64,000 nt of DNA, taken from an uncultured Syntrophaceae bacterium (lineage in GTDB: Bacteria; Desulfobacterota; Syntrophia; Syntrophales; PHBD01). Numbering within the stretch: position 1 is the first letter of the stretch; the number at the start of each line of letters is the position of its first letter. Shown here in pieces: positions 18,471 through 27,376 of this stretch. The notes under the pieces are model-generated. The model saw only the letters and a program-made list of their open reading frames with translations. It searched no databases and had not been told where the DNA came from. The position numbers and the translations under genes were made by a program. The stretch spans positions 20,183-84,182 of the forward strand of contig CAZODI010000012.1 in assembly GCA_964578535.1 (NCBI GenBank), in the 5' to 3' direction.

Positions 18471-19409
18471 ATGGAAGAAAATCTCCGCCGACTGAAGCAA
18501 ATCCTCAAACGTTGTGTCCTCTGTCCCCGGCGCTGCGCCGTGGACCGGACGGGCGGCGAGCGCGGTTTCTGCGGACTCGCGGATCGTCCCGTCGTCGCCC
18601 GGGCCCTTCCCCACCACGGAGAAGAGCCCCCGATCTCTGGATCCCGGGGCGCCGGCACGATCTTCCTGTCCTCCTGCAACCTGCGCTGCACCTTCTGCCA
18701 GAACCATCAGATCAGCCATGAAACGGAAGGCCGGGAGGAAACAGCCGCCGGGCTGGCCCGGACCATGCTCCGCCTCCAGGAGGCGGGGTGCCACAACATC
18801 GAGCCGGTGACGCCGACGCCGCACGCGGCGGGCATCCTGGAGGCCTGGATGGCCGCCCGCCGCGACGGGCTGTCAGTTCCGCTGGTCTACAACTGCGGCG
18901 GATACGAGGATCCGGCGGTCCTCCGGCTCCTCGAGGGGATGGTGGACGTCTACCTCCCCGACTTCAAGTTCGGGGATCCCGCCCTGGGCATGAAGCTCAC
19001 CGGGGTCCCCGATTACCCGGAGACGGCTCTCCGGGCCGTCGGCGAGATGATCCGACAGGTCGGGGACACCCTGGAGACAGACGGCTCCCTGGCGAGAAGC
19101 GGCATCCTCGTCCGGCACCTGGTCCTTCCCGGCAACACCGCCAACAGCAGGGCGGCCCTCGATCTTCTCCGGCGGCGGCTCGGCCCCTCGGTTCCCCTCA
19201 GCCTGATGTCCCAGTACACTCCCGTCAACCTGGTCGGGCAGGAGCCGGACCTGAGCCGGCGGGTGACACCGCAGGAGTACGAGTCCGTCGTGGATTACGC
19301 CCTTGACCTTGGTTTTGAAGAACTCTATGTTCAGGCCGTGGACGAGCGGGAGATCGTCCCGGACTTCCGGCGGGAGGACCCTTTCCGCTGGCCCGGGAGC
19401 GGCGGCTGA
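18471..19409 (+). CDS. radical SAM protein, PflX (COG1313)-like activase homolog
   Basis: 312 aa from ATG 18471. N-terminal CVLCPRRC...GFCG, HHGEEPPISG, and radical SAM cluster CNLRCTFCQN. Confidence 0.8.
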   Translation: MEENLRRLKQILKRCVLCPRRCAVDRTGGERGFCGLADRPVVARALPHHGEEPPISGSRGAGTIFLSSCNLRCTFCQNHQISHETEGREETAAGLARTMLRLQEAGCHNIEPVTPTPHAAGILEAWMAARRDGLSVPLVYNCGGYEDPAVLRLLEGMVDVYLPDFKFGDPALGMKLTGVPDYPETALRAVGEMIRQVGDTLETDGSLARSGILVRHLVLPGNTANSRAALDLLRRRLGPSVPLSLMSQYTPVNLVGQEPDLSRRVTPQEYESVVDYALDLGFEELYVQAVDEREIVPDFRREDPFRWPGSGG

Positions 19410-19471
19410 CAGGCCGGCCCCCTCCCGCCCCTCGCGCGACACCCCGAATCCACCCTCATCCGGAGCGGCAC

Positions 19472-19702
19472 ATGGCGGATCTTTCCGGCGTCGGGAAAAT
19501 GCTCATTGTCTTCGGCCTGGTCCTCGCGGGCGTCGGCCTTCTTTTCGTCCTGGGGGGAAAGGGATTCCTCTCCTGGTTCGGACGCCTGCCGGGGGATTTT
19601 TCCTGGCGGGGCCGGAACGTTCACATCCATGTCCCCCTGGCGACAAGCCTCCTGGTCAGCCTGGTCCTGAGTCTCCTTTGGATCTTCCTGAACCGGAAGT
19701 AA
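19472..19702 (+). CDS. DUF2905-family small membrane protein
   Basis: 76 aa with two TM helices flanking the conserved GRLPGDF motif. Confidence 0.7.
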   Translation: MADLSGVGKMLIVFGLVLAGVGLLFVLGGKGFLSWFGRLPGDFSWRGRNVHIHVPLATSLLVSLVLSLLWIFLNRK

Positions 19703-19804
19703 GGAAAAAGAATTTGCAATTCCGCCGTGTTTGTACTACCAAAACGGCCCTTCCCGACCCGCGTTCCGCATCGGGAAAATCAGCCTGACCGGAGCAGGAC
19801 AACC

Positions 19805-21397
19805 ATGCTGGAACTGATGAGAAAACACGCCAGGAGCTGGATCATGAAGATCCTCCTGGGAATCATCGTCATCGTCTTTGTCCTTTATTTCGGCTCTCTC
19901 GGTGGTCTCCAACAGACGGAGACGGTCGTCACGATCGACGGAAAGAACCTCGTCTACGCCGACTTCCAGCGGGAGTACCAGAACATGGTGGAGGCCTACC
20001 GCCAGCGGCTCGGCAACGAGGTCACCGACGAGCTGGTCAAGGACGGCAGGCTGAAGCAGCAGGCCCTGGACAATCTCATCCACCAGACGATTCTCCTCAA
20101 GAAGGCCGATGAGATGAACATCCGGGTATCCGACGAGGACATGAAGAACTTCATCATGTCCGTTCCCGCTTTCCAGCGGAACGGCGTTTTCGACGACCGT
20201 CTCTACAAGCAGGCCCTCCGGTACAACAAGGTCACCGCGGAAGAGTTCGAGGGGATCCAGAGACGGGCCATGACCATCGCCCGCCTGGAGGACCTGATCC
20301 AGGGATCGGTCAAGGTCTCGGACAGCGAGATCTCGGACCTCTATCGTCTCCAGAACGAAAAGATGAACCTGGCCTTCGTCGCGATCTCGCCCGCGGATTT
20401 CGAAGGCCGGATCACGCCCTCCGAGAAGGACCTGGAGAGCTACCTGAAGGAGAAGGGCGACCGGTATCGCGTGGCCGAGCGAATCCAGCTCAAGGTGCTG
20501 GCCTTCCCGGGAAAAGACTTTGAGGACGCGGTGAAGCCCTCCGATGAGGACGTCCGCGACTATTACGACCGGCACAAATCCGATTTCCGCAAGGACGGCA
20601 GGCAGTTGTCCCTGGAGCAGGTTCGGGACCGGATCGTCGCGGAGAAGAAGCGCGTCGAGGGGATGTACATGGCCTCGGACCGCGCCAAGAAGGCCCACGA
20701 CACCATCTACCAGGACGAGAATTTCGACGGCTATGCCGCCCAGAACCGCCTGAGCGTCCAGGTGACGGAGTTCTTCGCCGTCTCCGCTCCGCCGGCCGCA
20801 TTTCGCGGGATCAAGGACTTCGAAAAGACGGTCTTCAACCTGAAGCCCAAGGAGGTGAGCCCCGTGCTCTCGAACGACCGGGGGTACCTCCTCTTCCAGG
20901 TGGCGGAGCGGAAGCCCGCCTATGTTCCCCCGCTCAAGGAGATCGAAAAGGAGGTCCGGGCCGGGTACATCAAGGAGGAAGCCCGCCGGAAGGCCGCCGG
21001 GGAGGCGGAAGCCCTGGCCGGCCGGCTCAAGGCCGGAGCGACGCTCGATCAGGTCGCCAAGGGCTGGAAGATCGAGGAGACGGGCTTCTTCGCCCCAACC
21101 CGGGCCATTCCGAAAATCGGCGAATCCCGGGAGCTGACGGAAGCCATCTGGTCGCTTTCCGCCAAGAAGCCCCATCCGGAGAAGGCCTTCGCGGTGGGCG
21201 ACCGGTTCATCCTGGTGGAGTTCAAGGGGAAGAGCTCCATCGATTTCACCGACTTCGCATCCAGGAAGGAAGCCCTCCGGAACGCTCTCCTGCAGATGAA
21301 GCAGAGGACCATCCTCCAGACCTGGGTGGAGGGCATCAAGACAGCCATGGTGAAGGAAGGCCGGCTGAAGATCAAGAAAGACGTGAAGGATCTGTAA
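19805..21397 (+). CDS. PpiD/SurA-N-domain periplasmic chaperone-like protein
   Basis: 530 aa from ATG 19805. N-terminal MLELMRKHARSWIMKILLGIIVIVFVLYFG anchor typical of PpiD, followed by a SurA-N-like helical domain and a parvulin-like region. Confidence 0.8.
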   Translation: MLELMRKHARSWIMKILLGIIVIVFVLYFGSLGGLQQTETVVTIDGKNLVYADFQREYQNMVEAYRQRLGNEVTDELVKDGRLKQQALDNLIHQTILLKKADEMNIRVSDEDMKNFIMSVPAFQRNGVFDDRLYKQALRYNKVTAEEFEGIQRRAMTIARLEDLIQGSVKVSDSEISDLYRLQNEKMNLAFVAISPADFEGRITPSEKDLESYLKEKGDRYRVAERIQLKVLAFPGKDFEDAVKPSDEDVRDYYDRHKSDFRKDGRQLSLEQVRDRIVAEKKRVEGMYMASDRAKKAHDTIYQDENFDGYAAQNRLSVQVTEFFAVSAPPAAFRGIKDFEKTVFNLKPKEVSPVLSNDRGYLLFQVAERKPAYVPPLKEIEKEVRAGYIKEEARRKAAGEAEALAGRLKAGATLDQVAKGWKIEETGFFAPTRAIPKIGESRELTEAIWSLSAKKPHPEKAFAVGDRFILVEFKGKSSIDFTDFASRKEALRNALLQMKQRTILQTWVEGIKTAMVKEGRLKIKKDVKDL

Positions 21398-21480
21398 CCG
21401 CATCCGGCGGGAGGGAAGCCCTCGCCGCCCATTGTGATTCCGCCGGCCGACCCGGCAAAGAAACGAACAGGAGGAACATC

Positions 21481-22308
21481 ATGGACTGGGGCATGAAGAA
21501 CCGCCTCTCCCGCCTGATCCAGCCGGACGGCCGCTGCTTCTTTCTTCCCATCGATCACGGGTATTTCCAGGGACCCACGTCCTGCCTGGAGAAACCCGGC
21601 GAGACCATCGCGCCGCTCCTGCCGTACTGCGACGCCCTGTTCGTCACGCGGGGCGTTCTGCGGGCCGCCGTGGATCCGGCCATCACCACCCCCATCATCC
21701 TCCGCGTCTCCGGCGGCACCAGCGTCATCGGAGCCGACCTGGCCAACGAGTCCATCACCACCTCCATGGAGGAGATCCTCCGCCTGAACGTGGCCGCTGT
21801 GGGCGTCTCCATCTTCGTGGGCAGCGAGTACGAGCGGGAGTCCCTCCTGAACCTGGCGGAGATGGTCAACCTCTGCGAGGACTACGGGATTCCCGTCATG
21901 GCCGTCACCGCCGTGGGCAAGGAGCTGGAGAAGCGGGACGCCCGCTACCTGGCCCTGGCCTCCCGCATCGCCGCCGAGCTGGGCGCCCGGGTGGTCAAGA
22001 CCTACTGGTGCGAGGACTTCGACCGGGTGACCTGCGGCTGCCCCGTTCCGGTGGTCATGGCCGGAGGACCGAAGTGCGAGACCGAGCTGGAGGTGATGGA
22101 ATTCGTCCACGACGGCATCAAGAAGGGCGCCATCGGCCTCAACCTGGGGCGGAACGTCTGGCAGCATCCCCACCCCGTGGCCATGATGCGATCGCTCCGG
22201 GCCATCATCCACGAAAATTACACGGCCCCCGAGGCCCACGGGCTCTACCGGGAGATCGTCTCCGCCGGCAGGAAGAAAGCACCCGGGACGAAAACGCGGA
22301 AAAAGTAA
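21481..22308 (+). CDS. class I (DhnA/FbaB/LsrF/AroA-prime family) aldolase
   Basis: 275 aa with a strong RBS AGGAGGAA. LPIDHG motif, Schiff-base lysine context ARVVKTY, and VVMAGGPK...GLNLGRNVWQH, which align by eye to archaeal-type class I aldolases. Confidence 0.85.
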   Translation: MDWGMKNRLSRLIQPDGRCFFLPIDHGYFQGPTSCLEKPGETIAPLLPYCDALFVTRGVLRAAVDPAITTPIILRVSGGTSVIGADLANESITTSMEEILRLNVAAVGVSIFVGSEYERESLLNLAEMVNLCEDYGIPVMAVTAVGKELEKRDARYLALASRIAAELGARVVKTYWCEDFDRVTCGCPVPVVMAGGPKCETELEVMEFVHDGIKKGAIGLNLGRNVWQHPHPVAMMRSLRAIIHENYTAPEAHGLYREIVSAGRKKAPGTKTRKK

Positions 22309-22364
22309 CCTATTGAACAGGCGGGAAGCCCGTTTCCCGTAAAACGTTCCCCCCGGATCCAGCC

Positions 22365-23390
22365 ATGCGCGTCGCCGTCTACTACAGAAACCGGGACGTC
22401 CGGGTCGAGGAGCGGCCCTTGCCGGCCGTCGGCCCCGGCGAGATCCTCGTCAAAGTCCTGGCCAGCGGCATCTGCGGCAGCGACGTCATGGAGTGGTACC
22501 GGCTCCGCAAGGCCCCGCTCGTCCTGGGGCATGAGATCGCCGGGACCGTCGAGGAGATCGGCCCCGGGGTGACCGGCTGGAGTCCCGGCGACCGGGTTTT
22601 CGTCTCCCACCACATCCCCTGCAACACCTGCCGCTGGTGCCTCCGGGGCTGCCACACGGCCTGCGAGACCCTCCACACCACGAACTACGATCCGGGAGGC
22701 TTCGCCGAGTATCTTCGGGTGCCCCGCCTGAACGTGGACCGGGGCGTCTTTCTCCTGCCCGAGGAAATGAGCTTCGCCGCCGGTGTGATGATCGAGCCGC
22801 TGGCCTGCGTCATCCGGGGGCAGCGCCTCGCCGGCCTCCAGCCCGGCCAGTCGGTCCTGGTCCTGGGGAGCGGCATCTCGGGCATCCTCCACATCATGCT
22901 GGCCCGGGCCCTCGGGGCGGGCCGGATCCTGGCGACGGACGTCCACAATTACCGGTGCGAGGCGGCGCTCCGTTTCGGCGCCGAGGCCGTCGCGGACGCC
23001 CGGGAGGACCTGCCGGACTGGGTCCGCCGGCAGAACGACGGCTGCCTGGCCGACACGGTCATCGTTTGCGCCGGCGCGCCATCCGCCTTCGAACAGGCGA
23101 TCCGCTGCGTTGACCGTGGAGGGGTCGTTCTCTGCTTCGCCACCACGGAACCGGATTTTCTGCTGCCTTTGCCCCTCAACGATTTCTGGCGGAACGAGAT
23201 CCGGATCCTGCCCTCCTACGGGAACAGCCCCCTGGACGCCCGGGTCGCTATCGACCTCATCCGCCTGGGACGCGTTCCCGTGGAGGAGATGATCACCCAC
23301 AAACTCCCGCTCGGGGACATCCAGGAGGGCTTCCGCCTCGTCGCCGAGGGCGGTCCGTCCCTGAAAGTCGTCATCGAACCCCATCGCTGA
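22365..23390 (+). CDS. zinc-dependent medium-chain alcohol/polyol dehydrogenase
   Basis: 341 aa. Catalytic Zn motif GHEIAGTVEEIG, structural Zn cysteines CNTCRWCLRGCHTAC, and Rossmann segment VLVLGSGISG. Confidence 0.9.
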   Translation: MRVAVYYRNRDVRVEERPLPAVGPGEILVKVLASGICGSDVMEWYRLRKAPLVLGHEIAGTVEEIGPGVTGWSPGDRVFVSHHIPCNTCRWCLRGCHTACETLHTTNYDPGGFAEYLRVPRLNVDRGVFLLPEEMSFAAGVMIEPLACVIRGQRLAGLQPGQSVLVLGSGISGILHIMLARALGAGRILATDVHNYRCEAALRFGAEAVADAREDLPDWVRRQNDGCLADTVIVCAGAPSAFEQAIRCVDRGGVVLCFATTEPDFLLPLPLNDFWRNEIRILPSYGNSPLDARVAIDLIRLGRVPVEEMITHKLPLGDIQEGFRLVAEGGPSLKVVIEPHR

Positions 23391-23435
23391 AAACCCGTCG
23401 CGATCGTTCCCATTGTGAAAGGAGAAGGCAGAACC

Positions 23436-24005
23436 ATGTTCAAGGACCTGGTAGTGAAAAACAGGAGTTACCGGAGATTCGACGAATCCTTCGCCATCAG
23501 CCGGGAGACGCTCCTGGGGCTGGTGGACCTGGCCCGCCAGACGGCCTCGGCGGCCAACAAGCAGCCCCTCCGGTACATCCTGTCCTCGGACCCGGAGAGA
23601 AACGCCGTCGTCTTCGGGCACCTCGCCTGGGCGGGCTACCTGCCGGACTGGCCGGGACCGGAGGCCGGGGAGCGCCCGACGGGATATGTCATCATGCTGG
23701 GAGACAGGGAAACCGCGCCGGAGGTGGCCTACGACCACGGCATCGCCGCCCAGACGATCCTCCTGGGGGCGGTGGAAAAGGGGCTGGGGGGCTGCATGAT
23801 TGCCTCGGTGAGCCGGGCCGCCCTGCGGAAGGCCCTGGCCATCCCGGAGCGCTACGAGATTCTGCTCGTCATCGCCCTGGGCAGGCCCGTAGAGACCGTC
23901 GTCATGGACCCGATCGGCCCGGACGGGGACGTGAAGTACTGGCGCGATGGCAACCGCGTCCACCACGTTCCGAAGCGGCGCCTGGAGGACATCGTCCTGG
24001 GCTGA
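23436..24005 (+). CDS. nitroreductase family protein
   Basis: 189 aa from ATG 23436 (RBS AAAGGAGAAGG). RSYRRF motif, then QPLRYIL and a LLGAVEKGLGGCMI core. Confidence 0.85.
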   Translation: MFKDLVVKNRSYRRFDESFAISRETLLGLVDLARQTASAANKQPLRYILSSDPERNAVVFGHLAWAGYLPDWPGPEAGERPTGYVIMLGDRETAPEVAYDHGIAAQTILLGAVEKGLGGCMIASVSRAALRKALAIPERYEILLVIALGRPVETVVMDPIGPDGDVKYWRDGNRVHHVPKRRLEDIVLG

Positions 24006-24046
24006 CCCCGGGGCCGCCCGGCACGCCCGGCACACCAAGCAGAGGA

Positions 24047-24082
24047 GGAGCGGATTTCGAATCCGCTCCCCCTTCTTTTCTT
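24047..24082 (+). terminator. rho-independent terminator of the aldolase-ADH-nitroreductase unit
   Basis: GGAGCGGAT-TTCGA-ATCCGCTCC followed by CCCTTCTTTTCTT. Confidence 0.65.
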
Positions 24083-24131
24083 GCTGTTCGCATCGCGGCA
24101 CGGGGGCTGCCACGGGGGCTCCCGACGTCGC

Positions 24132-24191
24132 GGAGACTTTTCCATGGAGCGCATCGTCTGGCCGGAAGTCCATCCGGATGGAAAAGTCTCC
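24132..24191. repeat. 60-bp hairpin with perfect 14-bp arms
   Basis: GGAGACTTTTCCAT (24132-24145) and ATGGAAAAGTCTCC (24178-24191). The loop contains a second small stem CCGGA-AGTCCA-TCCGG. Confidence 0.4.
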
Positions 24192-24310
24192 TGATCGCTC
24201 CTCTGGGAACCCCCGGTCGCGCCCCCGCGAATGCAGAGGTGAGGGCGGAAACAACCGGAATTCGCTTCTCGTGTGGACCTGTCCCCCGCGAAGGTCGGTT
24301 GGGGAGGGGG

Positions 24311-24470
24311 GCTTCCCGGAGCGCGAATAGCGGCTTTTTCGGGGCACCCTGCCGTCGCAGCGCAGCGCCCGCAAAGTCATCTGTCTGAGCACCGCCAGGT
24401 GCGAGTTATGACTTTGCAGCGGAGCGAGACGTTGCAGGGTCGAAAAAACGCTTCTGAGCGCGAGGGAAGC
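24311..24470. repeat. about 160-bp nested imperfect palindrome (MITE/REP-like or structured RNA)
   Basis: Outer arms pair in blocks: GCTTCCC/GGGAAGC, CGCG/CGCG, TTTTTCG/CGAAAAA, ACCCTGC/GCAGGGT. The inner stem is a perfect 10 bp, GCAAAGTCAT (24371-24380) with ATGACTTTGC (24408-24417). Confidence 0.35.
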
Positions 24471-24514
24471 CCTGCTCCCACATGCCGGCCTCCCATCCGC
24501 GCCTGATTCTCTAT

Positions 24515-24561
24515 AAAAAAGAAGAAATAAAGGAAGGGGGAGCGGATTCGAAATCCGCTCC
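24515..24561 (-). terminator. rho-independent terminator of fbp-fba (inverted copy of the 24047 hairpin)
   Basis: On the minus strand it reads GGAGCGGATTTCGAATCCGCTCC followed by CCCTTCCTTTATTTCTTCTTTTTT. The hairpin is identical to the plus-strand copy at 24047. Confidence 0.65.
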
Positions 24562-24597
24562 TCCTTCCTTTCTTGTTTCACGTTCGGTAGGTGCGCC

Positions 24598-25989
24598 TTA
24601 GAGTCCGGCCGGTTTCTTCATGGCGGCGTCCACGGGCTGAATGTAGCGGGCCACGAGGTGCTCCGTGTCGTGCATGTTCAGCTTGCCGAAGAAAAAGGCG
24701 AACTGGTTCTCCAGTTCCCGGCCCAGGGCGGCCAGGGTCTCCGCCGGCAGGTCCCACAATTCTCGCTTGAAAGGTCCGAATCCCTTCTTCCGGGTCTTGT
24801 AGAGGAACTGCTCCTCCGTGTCGCTTGCTTTCCTCTCCCCCGCCATTTCCGTTTTCAGGTATCCGTAGATTTTCTCCTTCATCGGGGCCGGGAAGGCCGG
24901 GCTGTCGTAAACGATGTTCTGGAACCCCGTGGCGAGGTGGATCTCCGCCGTTCCCGTGGCGGGGAAGCGGTCAAAGGCCTCGTTGGGCAGGGTGGAAGCG
25001 CCGTGCTGCACGGCCCCGGAGAGGCCCCAGCGGGCCCGGGCCTCCTCGGACAGGCGCTCCAGCGTCTCGAAATCCAGCTTCACCCGGGCCACGGTTCCAT
25101 CGGGAAGGGGCACGCCGCCGTGGCTCGTTCCCGTCTGGACGCTCATCTTGCTGATCCCCTTGAGGTTCTCCCCCTGCTGTTTCAGGGTCTCCAGGAAACC
25201 CTCCATGTAGGCGTTCAGCTCCTCCACCGTGCTGTTCTTGCCGCCGACCTCGCCGATCTCGCCTCCCACGGAGATGGTGATCCCCGCCGGCTCCAGGTCG
25301 CGGATCATGGTCGTGAGCTCCGCCGCGAGGCTGTAATTCAGGTACTGCTGCTCCCGCACGGTCGGCTTGGAAAGGTCCACCAGCGTGGAGGTGTCGATGT
25401 CGATGTTGTAGAAGCCTCCTTCGATGGCCTCCCAGATCAGGTCCTTGACGCCCCGCAGCTCCTTATCGGGGTCCTTGGCATAACGGCCCGCGTTCACCTG
25501 GAAATGGTCCCCCTGGAGAAAGATGGGGCCTTTCCATCCCGTCTTGACGGCCGCCGCGAGAACGGCCGCCGTGTATTCGGCGGGGCGCTGCTTCGTGTAG
25601 TCGATCTCGGAGCGGGCGATCTCGAAGATGACGAAACCCGCCTTTCCCTTCATGGCGGCCCGGAGGATGGCCTGGGCGGTATGGTACGTGAGGGTCCGGA
25701 TATTGATGGCCGGCACGGTGAAACCGGAGACCTCCCTTCTTCCCATGGCCTCGTACAGCGGCTGGATGGAGGCGGAATAAATCCCGAGGTCCCAGCCGGC
25801 GCGCCGGATCAGCCAGCGGCAGGCCTCCCGGACACCCTCGTCGCCGCTGAAGACGGCGGAATAAACCAGGTCGTCCACGAGGCCGTCCCTCAGGGTTCGC
25901 TCGTCGAGAACCCGGACGTCCTCTTCGATCGAGAGGATTCCCTTCAAAGCGGCACGCAACGAATCCATCTGTTCAAAAAGCACGGGCAT
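24598..25989 (-). CDS. fba: class II fructose-bisphosphate aldolase (long form)
   Basis: 463 aa from ATG 25989 (MPVLFEQ). Motifs VPAINIRTL, PIFLQGDHF, GFYNIDIDTS and VQTGTSHGG are typical of class II FBA. Confidence 0.9.
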   Translation of the reverse strand: MPVLFEQMDSLRAALKGILSIEEDVRVLDERTLRDGLVDDLVYSAVFSGDEGVREACRWLIRRAGWDLGIYSASIQPLYEAMGRREVSGFTVPAINIRTLTYHTAQAILRAAMKGKAGFVIFEIARSEIDYTKQRPAEYTAAVLAAAVKTGWKGPIFLQGDHFQVNAGRYAKDPDKELRGVKDLIWEAIEGGFYNIDIDTSTLVDLSKPTVREQQYLNYSLAAELTTMIRDLEPAGITISVGGEIGEVGGKNSTVEELNAYMEGFLETLKQQGENLKGISKMSVQTGTSHGGVPLPDGTVARVKLDFETLERLSEEARARWGLSGAVQHGASTLPNEAFDRFPATGTAEIHLATGFQNIVYDSPAFPAPMKEKIYGYLKTEMAGERKASDTEEQFLYKTRKKGFGPFKRELWDLPAETLAALGRELENQFAFFFGKLNMHDTEHLVARYIQPVDAAMKKPAGL

Positions 25990-26067
25990 GAAACATCTCC
26001 TTTCTGAGTAGCGGACACGGGCTGCGGGAAAGATCATCCGCTTCCGGATTTTACGAGGCGCCCTCCC

Positions 26068-27012
26068 TCAGGATGCCTGCTTCAGGAACTCCGCGGCCTT
26101 CTGAATCTCGAAGGAGCTCCCGATGTAAATGGGGGAGCACTGATCCAGCTCCTCCACCGGAATCGAGAGGATGTCGCGGCGGCCGTCGGTCGCCATGCCC
26201 CCGGCCTGGGTGACGATGAAGGCCATGGGCTGCAGCTCGAACAGGAGCCGCAGTTTCCCGCGGGGATTTTTCTTCAGGGCGGGATACGTGAAGACGCCCC
26301 CCTTCTTGATGAGCACCTGGTTGATATCGGGGACGAACCCCCCACTGTACCGGAGCTTGTAGCCCTGATCCTCGAGGAACTCCACGAACCTCCGGTGCCC
26401 GTCCGTCCATTCCTTGCGCAGACCGCCCAGGCTGTAGATCGATCCCTGCTCGTTGAGACGGATGTTTTCCTGGGAAAGGACGTACTCCCCCTCCCGGTTG
26501 AGGACAAACTCATGGGTTCCCTTGCCGGCGGAATAGACCATCGTGATCAGGGGGCCGTAGGTAATGTAAAGGGCCGCTACCATGGAGCGCGCTCCCTCCG
26601 TGAGAAACGTCTCCCGGTGAATGCCGATGATCGTGCCGATGGAAAGGTTTGTATCCACCAGGGAGGATCCGTCCAGGGGATCCGCCGTGACGAAGTATTT
26701 GCCGTTTCCCTGTCCGATCTCGACGATGGCCTCCTGCTCCTCCGAGGCATACTGGCGGACGAAACCCGAGTGGTGAAGCTGGTTTTTCAGAATCTCGTCG
26801 GCGCTCCGGTCCAGGGCGAGCTGCTCCTCCCCGTACACGTTCCGGAGCCCCGCGAGTTTGCGGTTGGATTCATGAATTTTCGCGGAGATATACTTTCCCG
26901 TCACGGCGATCTGCCAGATGAGACGCCTCAGTTCCATCTCCACGCCGGCCATCCACATGTGGCGCCGCAGGTCCACGACGAACTTCGTATAATCCGAAAT
27001 GCCCTCTCCCAT
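26068..27012 (-). CDS. fbp: class 1 fructose-1,6-bisphosphatase
   Basis: 314 aa. Motifs EEQ...LDRSADE, DPLDGSS, YSGGFVPD and GKLRLLFE match FBPase class 1. Confidence 0.9.
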   Translation of the reverse strand: MGEGISDYTKFVVDLRRHMWMAGVEMELRRLIWQIAVTGKYISAKIHESNRKLAGLRNVYGEEQLALDRSADEILKNQLHHSGFVRQYASEEQEAIVEIGQGNGKYFVTADPLDGSSLVDTNLSIGTIIGIHRETFLTEGARSMVAALYITYGPLITMVYSAGKGTHEFVLNREGEYVLSQENIRLNEQGSIYSLGGLRKEWTDGHRRFVEFLEDQGYKLRYSGGFVPDINQVLIKKGGVFTYPALKKNPRGKLRLLFELQPMAFIVTQAGGMATDGRRDILSIPVEELDQCSPIYIGSSFEIQKAAEFLKQAS

Positions 27013-27268
27013 CCGATGTTCACCTCACTTCCTCTATAAGTGCCTGGCTTGTAGCAATGAACGCCGGTTTTGACAAGCACAATTTCCGCCTCTTGCACTC
27101 GGATCTAACCGGAATCCATCATGATTCACCCTATGGACATCCTCCCCGCAACCATGATCGGTCCCCCTCCCGTGTAACCCCGAGGAAAGGATCGGCAGGA
27201 ATATCCTGATCTTCCCTTGTCCCGAATACCGGAAAGGGAGCAAATCCGGGACCCGGCGGGATGAATTC

Positions 27269-27297
27269 TTGACAACCTCTCTGATCACGGTTATTTA
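27269..27297 (+). promoter_or_regulatory. candidate sigma-70 promoter for the MBL-fold gene
   Basis: TTGACA (27269-27274), a 17-nt spacer, then TATTTA (27292-27297), about 80 nt upstream of ATG 27377. Confidence 0.35.
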
Positions 27298-27376
27298 CTA
27301 CCCTGTTGCATCGCAGTCCCGCAGAAACGGCGTCATTTATGAATCGCTCCCGGACAAGGGTGCGTGGAGGGAACCT

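Noticed and set aside
24047-24069. TTCGAATCC inside the hairpins at 24047, 24539 and (variant) 1635 resembles a tRNA T-arm, raising the possibility of tRNA genes or tRNA fragments.
   Set aside because: The sequences are fully self-complementary 23-25-nt hairpins followed by T-tracts at gene ends. No acceptor, D or anticodon arms can be drawn around them, so they are terminators, not tRNAs.
27067-27072. A TTGACA hexamer lies in the fbp/MBL divergent region. A TTGACG lies just upstream of carA (50141-50146).
   Set aside because: No acceptable -10 element occurs at 16-18 nt spacing in either case. The carA one would leave no room for a 5-prime UTR.
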